A DNA stretch of 63,767 nt, counting the filler, from Octopus bimaculoides (lineage: Eukaryota), in assembly GCF_001194135.2 (NCBI RefSeq). It is 8 parts of 8 records of this genome, joined end to end, with 100 filler letters (N's around TTAATTAATTAA, not from the genome) between each part and the next. Parts side by side here need not be neighbours in the genome. Positions count along the whole stretch, not along the records: positions 18,340 to 44,416 come from NC_068982.1; positions 44,517 to 52,332 come from NC_068983.1; 6 more parts are not named here. One strand, 5' to 3'. Made by a program: the position numbers and the translations under genes. Of this stretch, positions 38,509 to 50,703 are shown piece by piece; the first letter of the stretch is position 1; each line of letters begins with the position of its first letter. The notes beneath the pieces were generated by a model. The model searched no databases. It was not told the origin of the DNA and saw only the letters and a list, made by a program, of their open reading frames with translations.

Positions 38509-39670
38509 ATATATATATATATATATATANNNNNNNNNNNNNNNNNNNNNNNNNNNNNNNNNNNNNNNNNNNNNNNNNNNNNNNNNNNNNNNNNNNNNNN
38601 NNNNNNNNNNNNNNNNNNNNNNNNNNNNNNNNNNNNNNNNNNNNNNNNNNNNNNNNNNNNNNNNNNNNNNNNNNNNNNNNNNNNNNNNNNNNNNNNNNNN
38701 NNNNNNNNNNNNNNNNNNNNNNNNNNNNNNNNNNNNNNNNNNNNNNNNNNNNNNNNNNNNNNNNNNNNNNNNNNNNNNNNNNNNNNNNNNNNNNNNNNNN
38801 NNNNNNNNNNNTCTTCTTCTTCTTCTTCTTCTTCTTCTTCTTCTTCTTCTTCTTCTTCTTCTTCTTCTTCTTCTTCTTCGTCTTCTTATCATTATTTTTT
38901 TTATGTTGCTTGCGATAGACATGTCTTTTAGGAGCTGCGTGTGCTTTGAAAAAATTATCGGATTACTTTTAGAAATGTTTTTTTTTTTTCTGTGTATTGT
39001 GGACCTCTTTATAGTGAGAGGTGAGAAGTTTCTTTTGTGGTTTCTATCAATTTTTTAAAGTCAGACTATTTGAAAAATAAAAAAAAAATGTAAGCATGGC
39101 ATCCACTGTGGAAGCGGCGGGATACGCCACTGTAAGTTTAACACACATCAAAAAATAAGATAAGCAGAAGACAATTAAGCATGCTAACACAGTCATTTAT
39201 ACTTTGAAGAAAAATACGCAGAAAAAACACAATTGCACAACAAATGAATACATTTGTAAACACAGATGCTGGTAATAGCTAAAATTTTCACAACGCAAAC
39301 AGTATCAAGGCAAGCTTTCTATTGTTACTAGCTAGAGAATGGTATTAAACAAGAGCTGTACCTCCAAAAGTAAAGAATCTTGGAAAGGTTGATGATACTA
39401 CCAAAGAAAAGTTAAGAGAGAAATGATGACGGATGATGCATAAATCATTAAATAAGGCAGTTTCCCGTTTATGACTCGCTGAACCTTGCTCACTAATAAA
39501 CACATAGCACATACGTTTGCGTCTCGAAAATTGGGAGGTCTTTCGATATGCTCTTTAGGAAGCTGACAGGTGTAATTTCCATTGACCGCAGATGGTTTTC
39601 AAAACTGGGAATGGGAAAGAAAGCAGGCAGAGTTGATGCGTCACACACCGCTCCAGACTAGTTCTACAAT

Positions 39671-39878
39671 AATGGTTTCAAATGTTGGCACAAGGCCAGT
39701 AATTTTAGAGGAAGGAGTTAAGTCGACTGTATCAACTCCAGTGCTCGACTGATACTTATTTTATCGATCTCGATGTGATGAAGGGCAATGTCGACCACGG
39801 CAGAAATTGAACTCAGAACGTAACGTGAGAAGAAATGCATTTTCTCCGGCACAGTAACGGTTTTGTCAGTTTGTTTCC
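39671..39878 (-). mobile_element. SINE group A (tail type 2), diverged
   Basis: TGGTTTCAAATGTTGGCACAAGGCCAG tail; TGAACTCAGAACGTAACG B-box region. Confidence 0.75.
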
Positions 39879-39889
39879 AGTTATATAAT

Positions 39890-40093
39890 AATCCTTTCTA
39901 CTAAAGGCACAAGGCCTGAAATTTTGGGGAAGAGGACTAGTCGATAACATCGACCCCAGTGTTTCTCTGGTATTTAATTTATCGACCCCAAAAGGATGAA
40001 AGGCAAAGTCGACCATGGTAGAATTTGAATTGAGAACGTAGGAACGGACGAAATGACGCTAAGCATTTTGTCCGGCGCGCTGACGATTCTGCC
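39890..40093 (-). mobile_element. SINE group A (tail type 1)
   Basis: CCTTTCTACTAAAGGCACAAGGCCTGAAATTTTGG tail; CGACCCCAAAAGGATGAAAGGCAAAGTCGAC body. Confidence 0.88.
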
Positions 40094-40345
40094 TTATCCA
40101 GTACAATAATAATGAGCCCATATAATGTGAGGGATAAAGCAAATGACATTGGTGATGGTGTTGACACTTGGCTTGTTGTGACCTGTGTTGCATAATACAG
40201 GCAAGTGGAACGCGTTGAAGCAATTGGTCGAGAAGGCTCTATATACAAGTCGAACTCACGCTGTCTCCAAGAGAATATAGGAACATTCTGGATCTGTACT
40301 TCACTGTGAGTACTAAAGGAAAAGTGATAAGATGTTTTATATATA

Positions 40346-40411
<66 letters not shown>

Positions 40412-41618
40412 NNNNNNNNNNNNNNNNNNNNNNNNNNNNNNNNNNNNNNNNNNNNNNNNNNNNNNNNNNNNNNNNNNNNNNNNNNNNNNNNNNNNNNNNN
40501 NNNNNNNNNNNNNNNNNNNNNNNNNNNNNNNNNNNNNNNNNNNNNNNNNNNNNNNNNNNNNNNNNNNNNNNNNNNNNNNNNNNNNNNNNNNNNNNNNNNN
40601 NNNNNNNNNNNNNNNNNNNNNNNNNNNNNNNNNNNNNNNNNNNNNNNNNNNNNNNNNNNNNNNNNNNNNNNNNNNNNNNNNNNNNNNNNNNNNNNNNNNN
40701 NNNNNNNNNNNNNNNNNNNNNNNNNNNNNNNNNNNNNNNNNNNNNNNNNNNNNNNNNNNNNNNNNNNNNNNNNNNNNNNNNNNNNNNNNNNNNNNNNNNN
40801 NNNNNNNNNNNNNNNNNNNNNNNNNNNNNNNNNNNNNNNNNNNNNNNNNNNNNNNNNNNNNNNNNNNNNNNNNNNNNNNNNNNNNNNNNNNNNNNNNNNN
40901 NNNNNNNNNNNNNNNNNNNNNNNNNNNNNNNNNNNNNNNNNNNNNNNNNNNNNNNNNNNNNNNNNNNNNNNNNNNNNNNNNNNNNNNNNNNNNNNNNNNN
41001 NNNNNNNNNNNNNNNNNNNNNNNNNNNNNNNNNNNNNNNNNNNNNGAGAGAGAGAGAGAAAGTGAGTTATTTTTGGGTTGTGTGTGTGTGTATTTCTGTA
41101 TCTTTCAAGATGTAGACTTTTAAAAAAATACTTTGAACAATTTGTGACAGTATGCCCATGATTAACAAATGTTTTCGCCGGCAGTGTAGCGACGGATGAT
41201 GACCTGGTAATGAGTAAAAAGTAGAAGACGAACAGAGGAAGAAAATTGTTGTAGAGAGTTTGGGAGAGAAGAAAAAGACTTCTTCTGTTTATATAACAAC
41301 CTTTTTTGTTTCCTTCGTCGAGTCATGGCACTTCCTCGAAGAAAACATATACGCGTCTGTGATTATTCAGTGTCTTCTGCATAACTGGAAGACATGATAT
41401 TGGACGGAAGTTATCAATTGCATTTCATTTTAGCGGATTTCTGAACAGCATAAGAAAGCGGGGTCTTTCTCACGTGTCTTCCATGAATGTATTAGTTCTC
41501 TGTTATTTAAGATGATGTATAACTAAAGGAGAACAGTATTACTCTATGACTTTGTTGATATATTTAAATATATACATATATATATATATATGCATGTGCG
41601 TATGTATGTGTGTGTATA

Positions 41619-41770
41619 TGTGTGGTAAGAAGCTTGCTTCCCAACTAGACGGTTCCGGGTTAACTCCCACTGTGTGGCACGTTGGGCCAGTGTCTTCTAC
41701 TATAGCCTTAGGCCGACCAAAGCTTTGTGAGTGGATTTCGTAGACGGAAACTCAAAGAAGCTCATCTTAT
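41619..41770 (+). mobile_element. SINE group C, 5' half
   Basis: GTGTGGTAAGAAGCTTGCTTCCCAAC head; GTGGATTTCGTAGACGGAAACT core. Confidence 0.85.
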
Positions 41771-42409
41771 ATATATATGTATATATATGTATGTATATAT
41801 ATATATATATATNNNNNNNNNNNNNNNNNNNNNNNNNNNNNNNNNNNNNNNNNNNNNNNNNNNNNNNNNNNNNNNNNNNNNNNNNNNNNNNNNNNNNNNN
41901 NNNNNNNNNNNNNNNNNNNNNNNNNNNNNNNNNNNNNNNNNNNNNNNNNNNNNNNNNNNNNNNNNNNNNNNNNNNNNNNNNNNNNNNNNNNNNNNNNNNN
42001 NNNNNNNNNNNNNNNNNNNNNNNNNNNNNNNNNNNNNNNNNNNNNNNNNNNNNNNNNNNNNNNNNNNNNNNNNNNNNNNNNNNNNNNNNNNNNNNNNNNN
42101 NNNNNNNNNNNNNNNNNNNNNNNNNNNNNNNNNNNNNNNNNNNNNNNNNNNNNNNNNNNNNNNNNNNNNNNNNNNNNNNNNNNNNNNNNNNNNNNNNNNN
42201 NNNNNNNNNNNNNNNNNNNNNNNNNNNNNNNNNNNNNNNNNNNNNNNNNNNNNNNNNNNNNNNNNNNNNNNNNNNNNNNNNNNNNNNNNNNNNNNNNNNN
42301 NNNNNNNNNNNNNNNNNNNNNNNNNNNNNNNNNNNNNNNNNNNNNNNNNNNNNNNNNNNNNNNNNNNNNNNNNNNNNNATATATATATATATATATACGC
42401 GTACGCATA

Positions 42410-42541
42410 TATGACGGGCTTTTTTTCAGTCTCCGTCTACTAAATCCGCTCACATGGCATTAGTCAATCGAGGCTATAGTTGCAGAAACTTGCCCAACTA
42501 TAGACTGAGCACGGAACTATGTGGTTGAGACACAAACTTCA
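42410..42541 (-). mobile_element. SINE group C, 5' half, diverged
   Basis: GACGGGCTTTTTTTCAGTCTCCGTCTACTAAATCC. Confidence 0.75.
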
Positions 42542-42850
42542 TGAAGGAGTTGTTCCGATTAGATTCCTGCGAAACTCGAAGAAGTACGGAACCAAATCGA
42601 ACTGTTTTAATTAATGGTACATGTACCTCCTACTAAATGTGTTGAATGCCCTTTTCTTTCGTTTGTCCATTCACTCGTACACACAGACACACATAATCAC
42701 ACGCACACTCACACACACACGCACATACACACACGTGTGTTTATACATCCATGCATACATGCATATATACACACAGCCATAACGTATGTGCATGCATCCA
42801 TAGTATATGTATGTACGTGTGTTGTGTGTGCGCTGTGTTTGTGTGTGTGT

Positions 42851-42917
<67 letters not shown>

Positions 42918-43020
42918 AGCCACTGTGTGTTCGTGCGTGTTGTAGTTGCTTTCGCTGTACCTTGAAAGGATCATTTTACAAGACAAAAGCATTGTTTATA
43001 TTTCACTTACAGTATTATCA

Positions 43021-43257
43021 GTCAGCTAATTAATTAATTGAGTAATTAAGGGCTTGATCAATCGTTTGACTAATCAATCGGTTGACTCGTCTAAAGAAAA
43101 ATTTTAGAAAGGTCATTTTTGTGGCAGAACTAGAGCAGATGAGGGCACGACAGCGATAAAGTCACAGGTTGCGAGGAAAGCACTTTCACAAACCAACCGA
43201 ATGATAGATCAAACAATTGTTAAAACTATTGATTAGTTAATTAGTTAGCTATTTGAC
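43021..43257. repeat. Imperfect inverted repeat (about 70-bp arms), possible old MITE
   Basis: AGCTAATTAATTAA...ATCAATCGTTTGACTAATCAATCGGTTG versus the reverse complement of 43190-43257. Confidence 0.5.
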
Positions 43258-43455
43258 TGAAGATGCTAAAAAGAAATCAAATATTACCAGCTCATCTGCT
43301 TTATTTGTTTTATTTTATTTCGCACAATGAACCATGACCACCACAAGGTACAACGACATGTTTCAACATCCAATTTCTTGAATCTTGTAAAATAGACACA
43401 CACATATGCATATACATATGTGCTTGTGTGCGTATATATATATATNNNNNNNNNN

Positions 43456-43494
<39 letters not shown>

Positions 43495-44124
43495 ATACAA
43501 AACAGAAAAAGCTAAATCGGTGGAATATCTTCGAGTTACACATCACAAAGCTGACAGTTGTTGAAATAAAGACTCCAGGCGACATTTGTGTGACCGAGAG
43601 TGAAGTTTACATCCCAAACGACCAATTTCTAATAATAACACTTTCAATAAAACTGTTGTCTACAAACTAAAAGGCCAACATTGATTTCTTTTATAGATCT
43701 GGTCGTTTTGGTGGTTTTATATCTTTGTTTTAATGCTACAATTGTTGTTATAGCTTAGTTGAGAATGTTGCAAACTGAAAGAAATGTAAAATAAATGAGA
43801 TAGGCAGTAATGATGAAAGAAACTACGTGTGTGGATTTAGACAGACAGACATTATAAATTATTGTTTTCACAAGCCTCTCATGACTGAATACACAAGTGA
43901 AGACCGGCAGGCCTTTGAGGTAAATTTAGAGGAATTTCAGCTGTTTTTGATGGATTTGGGGATATAATTCTAGCGTCAAATTCGTTTCACGTCTGTTTGT
44001 TTCTATATTGTTCGTACAAGATACGTTAGACGTCTTCTTACCAACGATTTCAACATAAAATATCTACCACAATAAAAATGCATGTGTATATACGAATATA
44101 TATATATGCAAACGTGTGTGTGCA

Positions 44125-44186
<62 letters not shown>

Positions 44187-44309
44187 CAAATAATATGTGA
44201 GTATATGCATATATACGTGCATGTATGTACATACCTACATCTATATATACATGTAGATGTATATCTGGGTACAGAACGTTGAAAATATATATATATAAGT
44301 CGTGTAAAC

Positions 44310-44416
44310 AAGAACTAGCAGGACCACTCCGGATACTCTTCTAGAGTTTCCTTGCAAATGGTAAACTTCCCAAAAAGCTGAAGGAAGGCACCATATGTCC
44401 TATCCATAAAGGTGGA
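44310..44416 (+). mobile_element. CR1-group LINE RT fragment (same type as 16620-17290)
   Basis: ELAGPLRILF*SFLANGKLPKKLKEGTICPIHKGG, cut by a gap. Confidence 0.8.
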
Positions 44417-44519
44417 NNNNNNNNNNNNNNNNNNNNNNNNNNNNNNNNNNNNNNNNNNNNTTAATTAATTAANNNNNNNNNNNNNNNNNNNNNNNNNNNN
44501 NNNNNNNNNNNNNNNNGCT

Positions 44520-44680
44520 CATAAATTGGTTTGATAGTTGAGCTCTGATTGGTTGTAGGAAAATGAGTTCACAACTGGGGGTCCAGAACTCTCGTGGGAA
44601 AAAAAATTTCGCGGCCGGGAAGTAAACTTTTCACCACACAACCGCACCTGCGCCTTGTTAATTTGCATGATTCAAACATA
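44520..44680. promoter_or_regulatory. CpG-enriched cluster of transcription-factor consensus motifs
   Basis: ATTGG x2 (44525, 44548), CGTGGGAA (44593), TTTCGCGG (44607), CACCTGC, ATTTGCAT (44661), TTCAAA; no linked gene seen. Confidence 0.3.
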
Positions 44681-45099
44681 AATTAACTAATGTGCGTGTG
44701 TATATGTGTATGTTTTGTGTTTGCGTGTGTTTGTGCGTGTTTGTGCGTGCGTGCGTGTGTGTGTGTGTATACGTGAATGTGTGTGGCATTTATTGGAAAT
44801 TGAATTATGGGAGACTAAACTACGGGAGTGTGTATGAAGTAACGGGATCTGATAAAAGTGGCAGCTGATTCTTCCTCAAAAAAGCACCATGACGTTCTGC
44901 ACAAGGAAAAAGACACATTGGGAAATGTAGAGATACAATTCGTTGAACGTACAGGACAGTGACGTACAGTGACGTAGGAAAAATATTGTTTGATCACAGG
45001 TCTGCTAGATCGTGTCTGACCTAGGGCTAAACTGCAATAACAAGCAGTAAACATCGATTTGGAAAATCTTCCAAAAACAGGCACCTGTTAGTCTGGTTT

Positions 45100-45575
45100 A
45101 TGTATGTATGTATGTATGTATGTATGTATGTATGTGTGTGTGTGTGTATGTATGTATGTGTGTGTATGTATGTATGTATGTATGCATGTATGTATGTATG
45201 TATGTGTGTATGTATGTATGTATGTGTGTGTGTATGTATGTATGTATGTATGTATGTATGCATGCATGTATGTATTTGTGTGTACATGTATGTATACGTA
45301 TGTATTTGCACGTGTATGTTTGCATTTATGTACGTATGTTTGTCTGTGTGTATGTGTGAATGTGTGTGTGTATGCGTGCATGTATGTGTGTATGTATTTG
45401 TGTGTGTGGGCAAGTATGCATATATGTTTGTATTTATGTATGTTTATGTGTGTGATGTATGTATGTATGTATGTATGTATGTGTGTGATGTATCTATGTA
45501 TGTATGTTAGTGTGTGTGCATGTAAGCACGTACGTATTGTATGTATGTGTATGGATGCATGTAACAATGTGTATG
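45100..45575. repeat. (TATG)n/(TG)n compound microsatellite
   Basis: Direct inspection. Confidence 0.95.
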
Positions 45576-45581
45576 TCCTGT

Positions 45582-45900
45582 GAAGGCGCGTGGCTTAGTG
45601 GTTAGGGTACTCGGTTCACGATCATAAGGTCATGAGTTCGATTACTTGCGGTGCGTTGTATCCTTGAACAAGACACTTTATCGCACATTCCTCCTGTCCA
45701 CTCAGCTGGTAAAAATGAGAAGTACCTATATTTCAAAGGACCGGCCTTGTCACATCCTGTGTCACGCTGAATTTCCCCGAGAACTACGTTAAGGGCACGC
45801 ATGTCTGTGGAGTGCTGGACCACATCCACGTTAATTTCACGTGCAGGCTGTTCCGTTGACTGGATCAACTGGAACACTCGTCACCGTAACTGACAGGGTG
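45582..45900 (+). mobile_element. SINE group B1
   Basis: GAAGGCGCGTGGCTTAGTGGTTAGG head, CORE-like body, B tail. Confidence 0.9.
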
Positions 45901-46239
45901 TCTGTGTATGTTCGATCTTTAATTAATTGAAATCTTCTTGTAAGGGAGGCGCTAGTTTCTGACAAATGGCACAAAGCTCCGTTGTGGAAATGTATCAGGT
46001 GGATCACATTGCTATCACTTCTCTTTTATATTTCTGATTATGTAGCACTCAATACGAACACCTCGCTAACCACAATCTAAGATTTTAAGACACTTATTTT
46101 AAGTCCAACTGGTTCCGGAATTTCCAGTAGTTATCACTAGTATAATTTATGCGTAAGTATTGGGTAAGATAATATCAAACAAACTTTATTGAAAAAATGT
46201 TACTTATATTCAACCAATGCTATATTGATATCTTCATTT

Positions 46240-46635
46240 CCTAGACGATCCTGATAAGTTTCAACGTAACCAGTCTCTACACTAATAATCTCATTGGATT
46301 AGGATTAGCAGCAGTAAGACAAATATCCACAAAGAATTCAGGAGAGATTTCCAAAAGAATTTATACTTGAAGGACAACGATCGGTACATGAAATCAACTA
46401 CTTCTTTGATAGCCAATATTACCAACAAATACAAGGCACGATAATGGGAACGAAAGTCACACCAACGTTTGCGACACTAGTAATGGAATTCCTAGAAAAA
46501 AAAGAAAACATTTATACCGTGCCTGGAATTACTTTTGATCAACATTTCCAATCATATTTTATAGGAAACTGGCAAGGATTCTTGGATGAATGCATCATAT
46601 TTTGGAACAAATGTAAGGAGGACTTTACAAGATTC
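46240..46635 (+). mobile_element. Penelope-like element reverse-transcriptase relic
   Basis: ISFNVTSLYT...NYFFDSQYYQQIQGTIMGTKVTPTFATLVMEFLE...WQGFLDECIIFW corresponds to the PLE motifs SFDVxSLYT, QGxAMGxxxAP and RF/YLDD. Confidence 0.85.
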
Positions 46636-47330
46636 CCTAAATTAATAATTAGCACTAATGCTTTGAATTCGTCACCTGTAGTTCGAAACCATTCAGCATT
46701 ATGTCCGGGCGTTGCATTCTGAGGAGACTATAGTCATCGGTTTCATCGGCCATGTTTCCAAACTTTTCCTCCGTCGTGAATTCCAACGGCGAAAAGTGAT
46801 TTCAAAGGCGACATTCATACCAGGCGTGCCAGAAAAACCGTACCGTTGCAGAAAATTGTCTATCGCTCGCCACACCGCATTCTGTTGGCCAGGGCTATGG
46901 GCTGTTGCCCTCCTGTCCCTTTGACGTAATGGATACTCGTTATTGCTACCGAAATTGGAATCACCCGATCTGCTGAGCAAATAATCATTCTCGGTGTCTG
47001 AATAGTCCTAACTAGAATCAACCTACTGAGGACTCGCCACGTGATGTTTAAGTTTGGCGTTGATGAATGCGACGACAGACGCGATGAGGAGCATAAATTC
47101 AACGTAGTTGGATGCGAAGACGAACGCAAAACTGGCTTAACTGGACGTGAAGACGAACGCGATGCTGGTTTAGCTGGACGTGAAGACGAACGCGAGGACC
47201 GTAAATTCAACGAAACTGGCGTAGCTGGACGCGTTGACGACATTAAAATCTGTGAAGGACCAGAAGAATTAGCTGAATATATAGGAAGTCATAGTGGAAA
47301 TGGTGGCGTAACCGCCAAAGCTGCAATTTT
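46636..47330 (-). mobile_element. piggyBac-like (PGBD-type) transposase N-terminal relic
   Basis: Ser/Arg/Pro-rich then acidic N-terminus (DYSDTENDYLLSRSGDSNFGS), then W..FSGTPGMNV..SPLEF..MADET..AEWFRTTGDEFKALVLIINLG across frameshifts; possible TTAA-CCCTG end at 48035. Confidence 0.75.
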
Positions 47331-48710
47331 TTTTTTTTTTTCTATTATTGTGATGAAACCTGAAATTGAGTTGGAAATATTTATACGAAGATTCTAATAA
47401 ACCTATCGGATTCTTTGAATTTGCTCGCTGGCCTCTATTATCGAATCCGTCAGTGATAACAGATATTTACGTAAACTGGTACAGAAACAGGTACAAAATA
47501 AGGCTGTGTACACCATCCGATTTTAAGCATACTTATATTTACATCAACCGATGTCATGGGGGTAGAAAAAGGAAAATAAGTATTGGGTTCGATTCGTTTG
47601 ACTAAAAAATTCCTCGAGGTGGAGCTCCAGTATGACTGCGGTCTAATGCCTGAAACAAGTAAAATGTATAAGGTAACGGTTTATTTTCTTTTTCGAAATT
47701 TGAAAAAGAACTTTGAGTGACCAACAAATAATATTCTAATCGTAAACGTATACGTTTCAACCTAACAGGTCTTATCAGTGCAATTTCGAATGTTAAACTT
47801 TATTACTGACATTTTTGTGTAGTTACGGAAATCAATAACTTGAAAGTGATCGGGTGATTAAAAAAGTGATGTTTGTAATCTCAATGTAGTTATAGTAAAA
47901 AAAAGCAGGTCTGTTTAAAAGTGAATGAAATTGTAGAAAAATCAATCGATTGATCACGTGTGGCGGTGTTTACAGCCAAATTAGAACATAATTAAGTGGC
48001 TTATGTACAACATAGAAGTACATTTCTCCGCAGGGTTAAACTCGAAAAACAAGGTAAAATAAAATAAAAGTGAGATAACTACAGAGAAAGAAGTTTAATA
48101 CATGGATATACCGATGAAATGTCATACCTTCTGGGCAAAATAAGAACAAAAATGTATGCATTTTTTAATAATTTTATTCTACTCTAAACCAGTCTGCGTT
48201 CTATTTCTAAGACTACAAAGAAATTTTGTTTAATTGAACCATTAAAACTTAGCAGATTTCTGTGGCAACACAAATATAACTCAAATCAAGTTTGAAATTC
48301 AAAATAGCACTGATGAAACCAGTGAGGTTGAAACGCATATACAATTAGATTACAATTTAATTTTAAAAAATAAAAAAGAATACGTTAACTATGTCATTAT
48401 TTGTCTGTAATTCAAATTATTTTTTTGTTGTTTCCGAAAGAAAAAAAAATAGTTGGAAAAAGGAAATTAGCATCATTAAAAATAAATAAATAAAAGCTAA
48501 TAACAGAACCGGATAGAAGAAAGAACGTTTAGCTTTGATACGAAACACATTATTGATGTGCCGTGTCCGCAGCCGTATTAGAACATACATGGACAGCTTA
48601 CGTTTAGCATAAAACTTCATTTCTTCGAGAAGTAAATCTAAAAAAAAGGCAGCATCTACTTTGTTTCAATTCTAATACATACACAAGTAGCATACATCTT
48701 ATTATATTAA

Positions 48711-48925
48711 GGCGGCAAGCTGGCAGAATCATTAGTACACCAGGCGAAATGCTTAGCAGCATTTCGTCTGCCGTTGCGTTCTGAGTTCAAATTCCACCGA
48801 GGTCGACTTTGTCTTTCATCCTTTCAGAGTCGGTAAAAATTAGTACCAGTTACGCACTGAGGTCGATGTAATCGACTTAATCCCTTCTCCCAAATTTGAG
48901 GCCTTGTGTCTCCAGTAGAAAGGAT
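48711..48925 (+). mobile_element. SINE group A (tail type 1)
   Basis: Full head, body and tail, followed by an ATT-rich tail. Confidence 0.92.
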
Positions 48926-48947
48926 TATCATTATTATTATCATTATT

Positions 48948-49150
48948 GCTGGCAGAATCGTTAGCACGCCCGACTAAATGCATAGCGGTATTTCGTTCGT
49001 CGCTACGGTCTGAGTTCAAATTCCGCCGATGTTGACTTTGCCTTTCACCCTTTCGGAGTAGATAAAATAAGTACCAGTTGAACACTGAGATTGATGTAAT
49101 CGATTCATCCCCTTCTCCAAAATTGCTGCCCTTGTGGCAAAATTTGAAAG
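48948..49150 (+). mobile_element. SINE group A (tail type 2), head-to-tail with the previous copy
   Basis: GCTGGCAGAATCGTTAGCACG...AAAATTGCTGCCCTTGTGGCAAAATTTGAAA. Confidence 0.9.
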
Positions 49151-50039
49151 ATGATTATTATTTTATATTTTTTCCAGAGTGTTTCATGGTAAAGACGGCA
49201 TTTCTCTTAACTTTCATTTCCCCTTACACTCGTACCCGCCTTCCTCACACACACTCAATACGATTATGCCCACATACCTATCTCCCACACCCCACTATCA
49301 CTTTCATTACACTCCTTCACTTGCACATTTATACATACCTATACCTTACCCTCCCCCCCCCCAAAAAAAACCACCTCCCTCTCGACTAACTCAATAAACC
49401 GATACACTGCTATACGGCGTACTCACAATCATCCAACTTTTCTCTTCCTAACTCCCCCTTATAGAACTACATTCCCACNNNNNNNNNNNNNNNNNNNNNN
49501 NNNNNNNNNNNNNNNNNNNNNNNNNNNNNNNNNNNNNNNNNNNNNNNNNNNNNNNNNNNNNNNNNNNNNNNNNNNNNNNNNNNNNNNNNNNNNNNNNNNN
49601 NNNNNNNNNNNNNNNNNNNNNNNNNNNNNNNNNNNNNNNNNNNNNNNNNNNNNNNNNNNNNNNNNNNNNNNNNNNNNNNNNNNNNNNNNNNNNNNNNNNN
49701 NNNNNNNNNNNNNNNNNNNNNNNNNNNNNNNNNNNNNNNNNNNNNNNNNNNNNNNNNNNNNNNNNNNNNNNNNNNNNNNNNNNNNNNNNNNNNNNNNNNN
49801 NNNNNNNNNNNNNNNNNNNNNNNNNNNNNNNNNNNNNNNNNNNNNNNNNNNNNNNNNNNNNNNNNNNNNNNNNNNNNNNNNNNNNNNNNNNNNNNNNNNN
49901 NNNNNNNNNNNNNNNNNNNNNNNNNNNNNNNNNNNNNNNNNNNNNNNNNNNNNNNNNNNNNNNNNNNNNNNNNNNNNNNNNNNNNNNNNNNNNNNNNNNN
50001 NNNNNNNNNNNNNNNNTGTATATATATATATGTATGTGT

Positions 50040-50256
50040 GTATGTGTTTGTATGTCTGTGTTTGTCCCCCCAACATCGCTTGACAACCGATGCTGGTGTG
50101 TTTATGTCCCCGTAACTTAGCGGTTCGGCAAAAGAGACCGAAAGAATAAGTACTAGGCTTCCAAAGAATAAGTCCTGGGGTCGATTTGCTCGACTAAAGG
50201 CGGTGCTCCAGCATGGCCACAGTCAAAAGACTGAAACAAATAAAAGAGTAAAAGAG
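50040..50256 (+). mobile_element. SINE group C, 3' half, well preserved
   Basis: CATCGCTTGACAACCGATGCTGG...CCAGCATGGCC...TAAAAGAGTAAAAGAG. Confidence 0.9.
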
Positions 50257-50337
50257 TAAGTAAATATCTGCAGGATCGTCAGCGTAAGTCTGTCGACGAC
50301 AGACTTTTACGCTGACGATCCTGCAGATACTTACTTA
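50257..50337. repeat. 81-bp near-perfect palindrome
   Basis: TAAGTAAATATCTGCAGGATCGTCAGCGTAAGTCTGTCG-A-CGACAGACTTTTACGCTGACGATCCTGCAGATACTTACTTA. Confidence 0.95.
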
Positions 50338-50662
50338 TGTAAGTTTTAACAGGGGAAACCATGGTACGTAGGTTAATCGTTTTTTAATTTAGTAGTTTTT
50401 CATTTGTCTTGCCCGTTTACAGTCTGTTGTGTTGCTAAATTTTTTTACTGAGAACATATTATTTCGTGGTTGGATGATTCGGCATCTATTTCTAGCATAT
50501 AGGAATCCACATTTACTGGTCATTCCTCTTATTTTTGTATGTAATATAATTTTAATCCTCGGATTTTTTATAATATGCCAGACCACTGGTTTTAATTGAT
50601 TAATATCAATTTCTACCCTCATTAATAAATATATATCTATCTATCTCTCTCTCTCTCTCTCT

Positions 50663-50703
<41 letters not shown>

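Noticed and set aside
40201-40305. Possible 105-nt internal exon (CAG|...|GTGAGT) with one open frame
   Set aside because: Weak pyrimidine tract, no recognisable peptide and no partner exons.
41619-42541. Inverted pair of group C 5' halves as a hairpin
   Set aside because: Separated by (AT)n and a long N gap, so orientation and spacing are unreliable.
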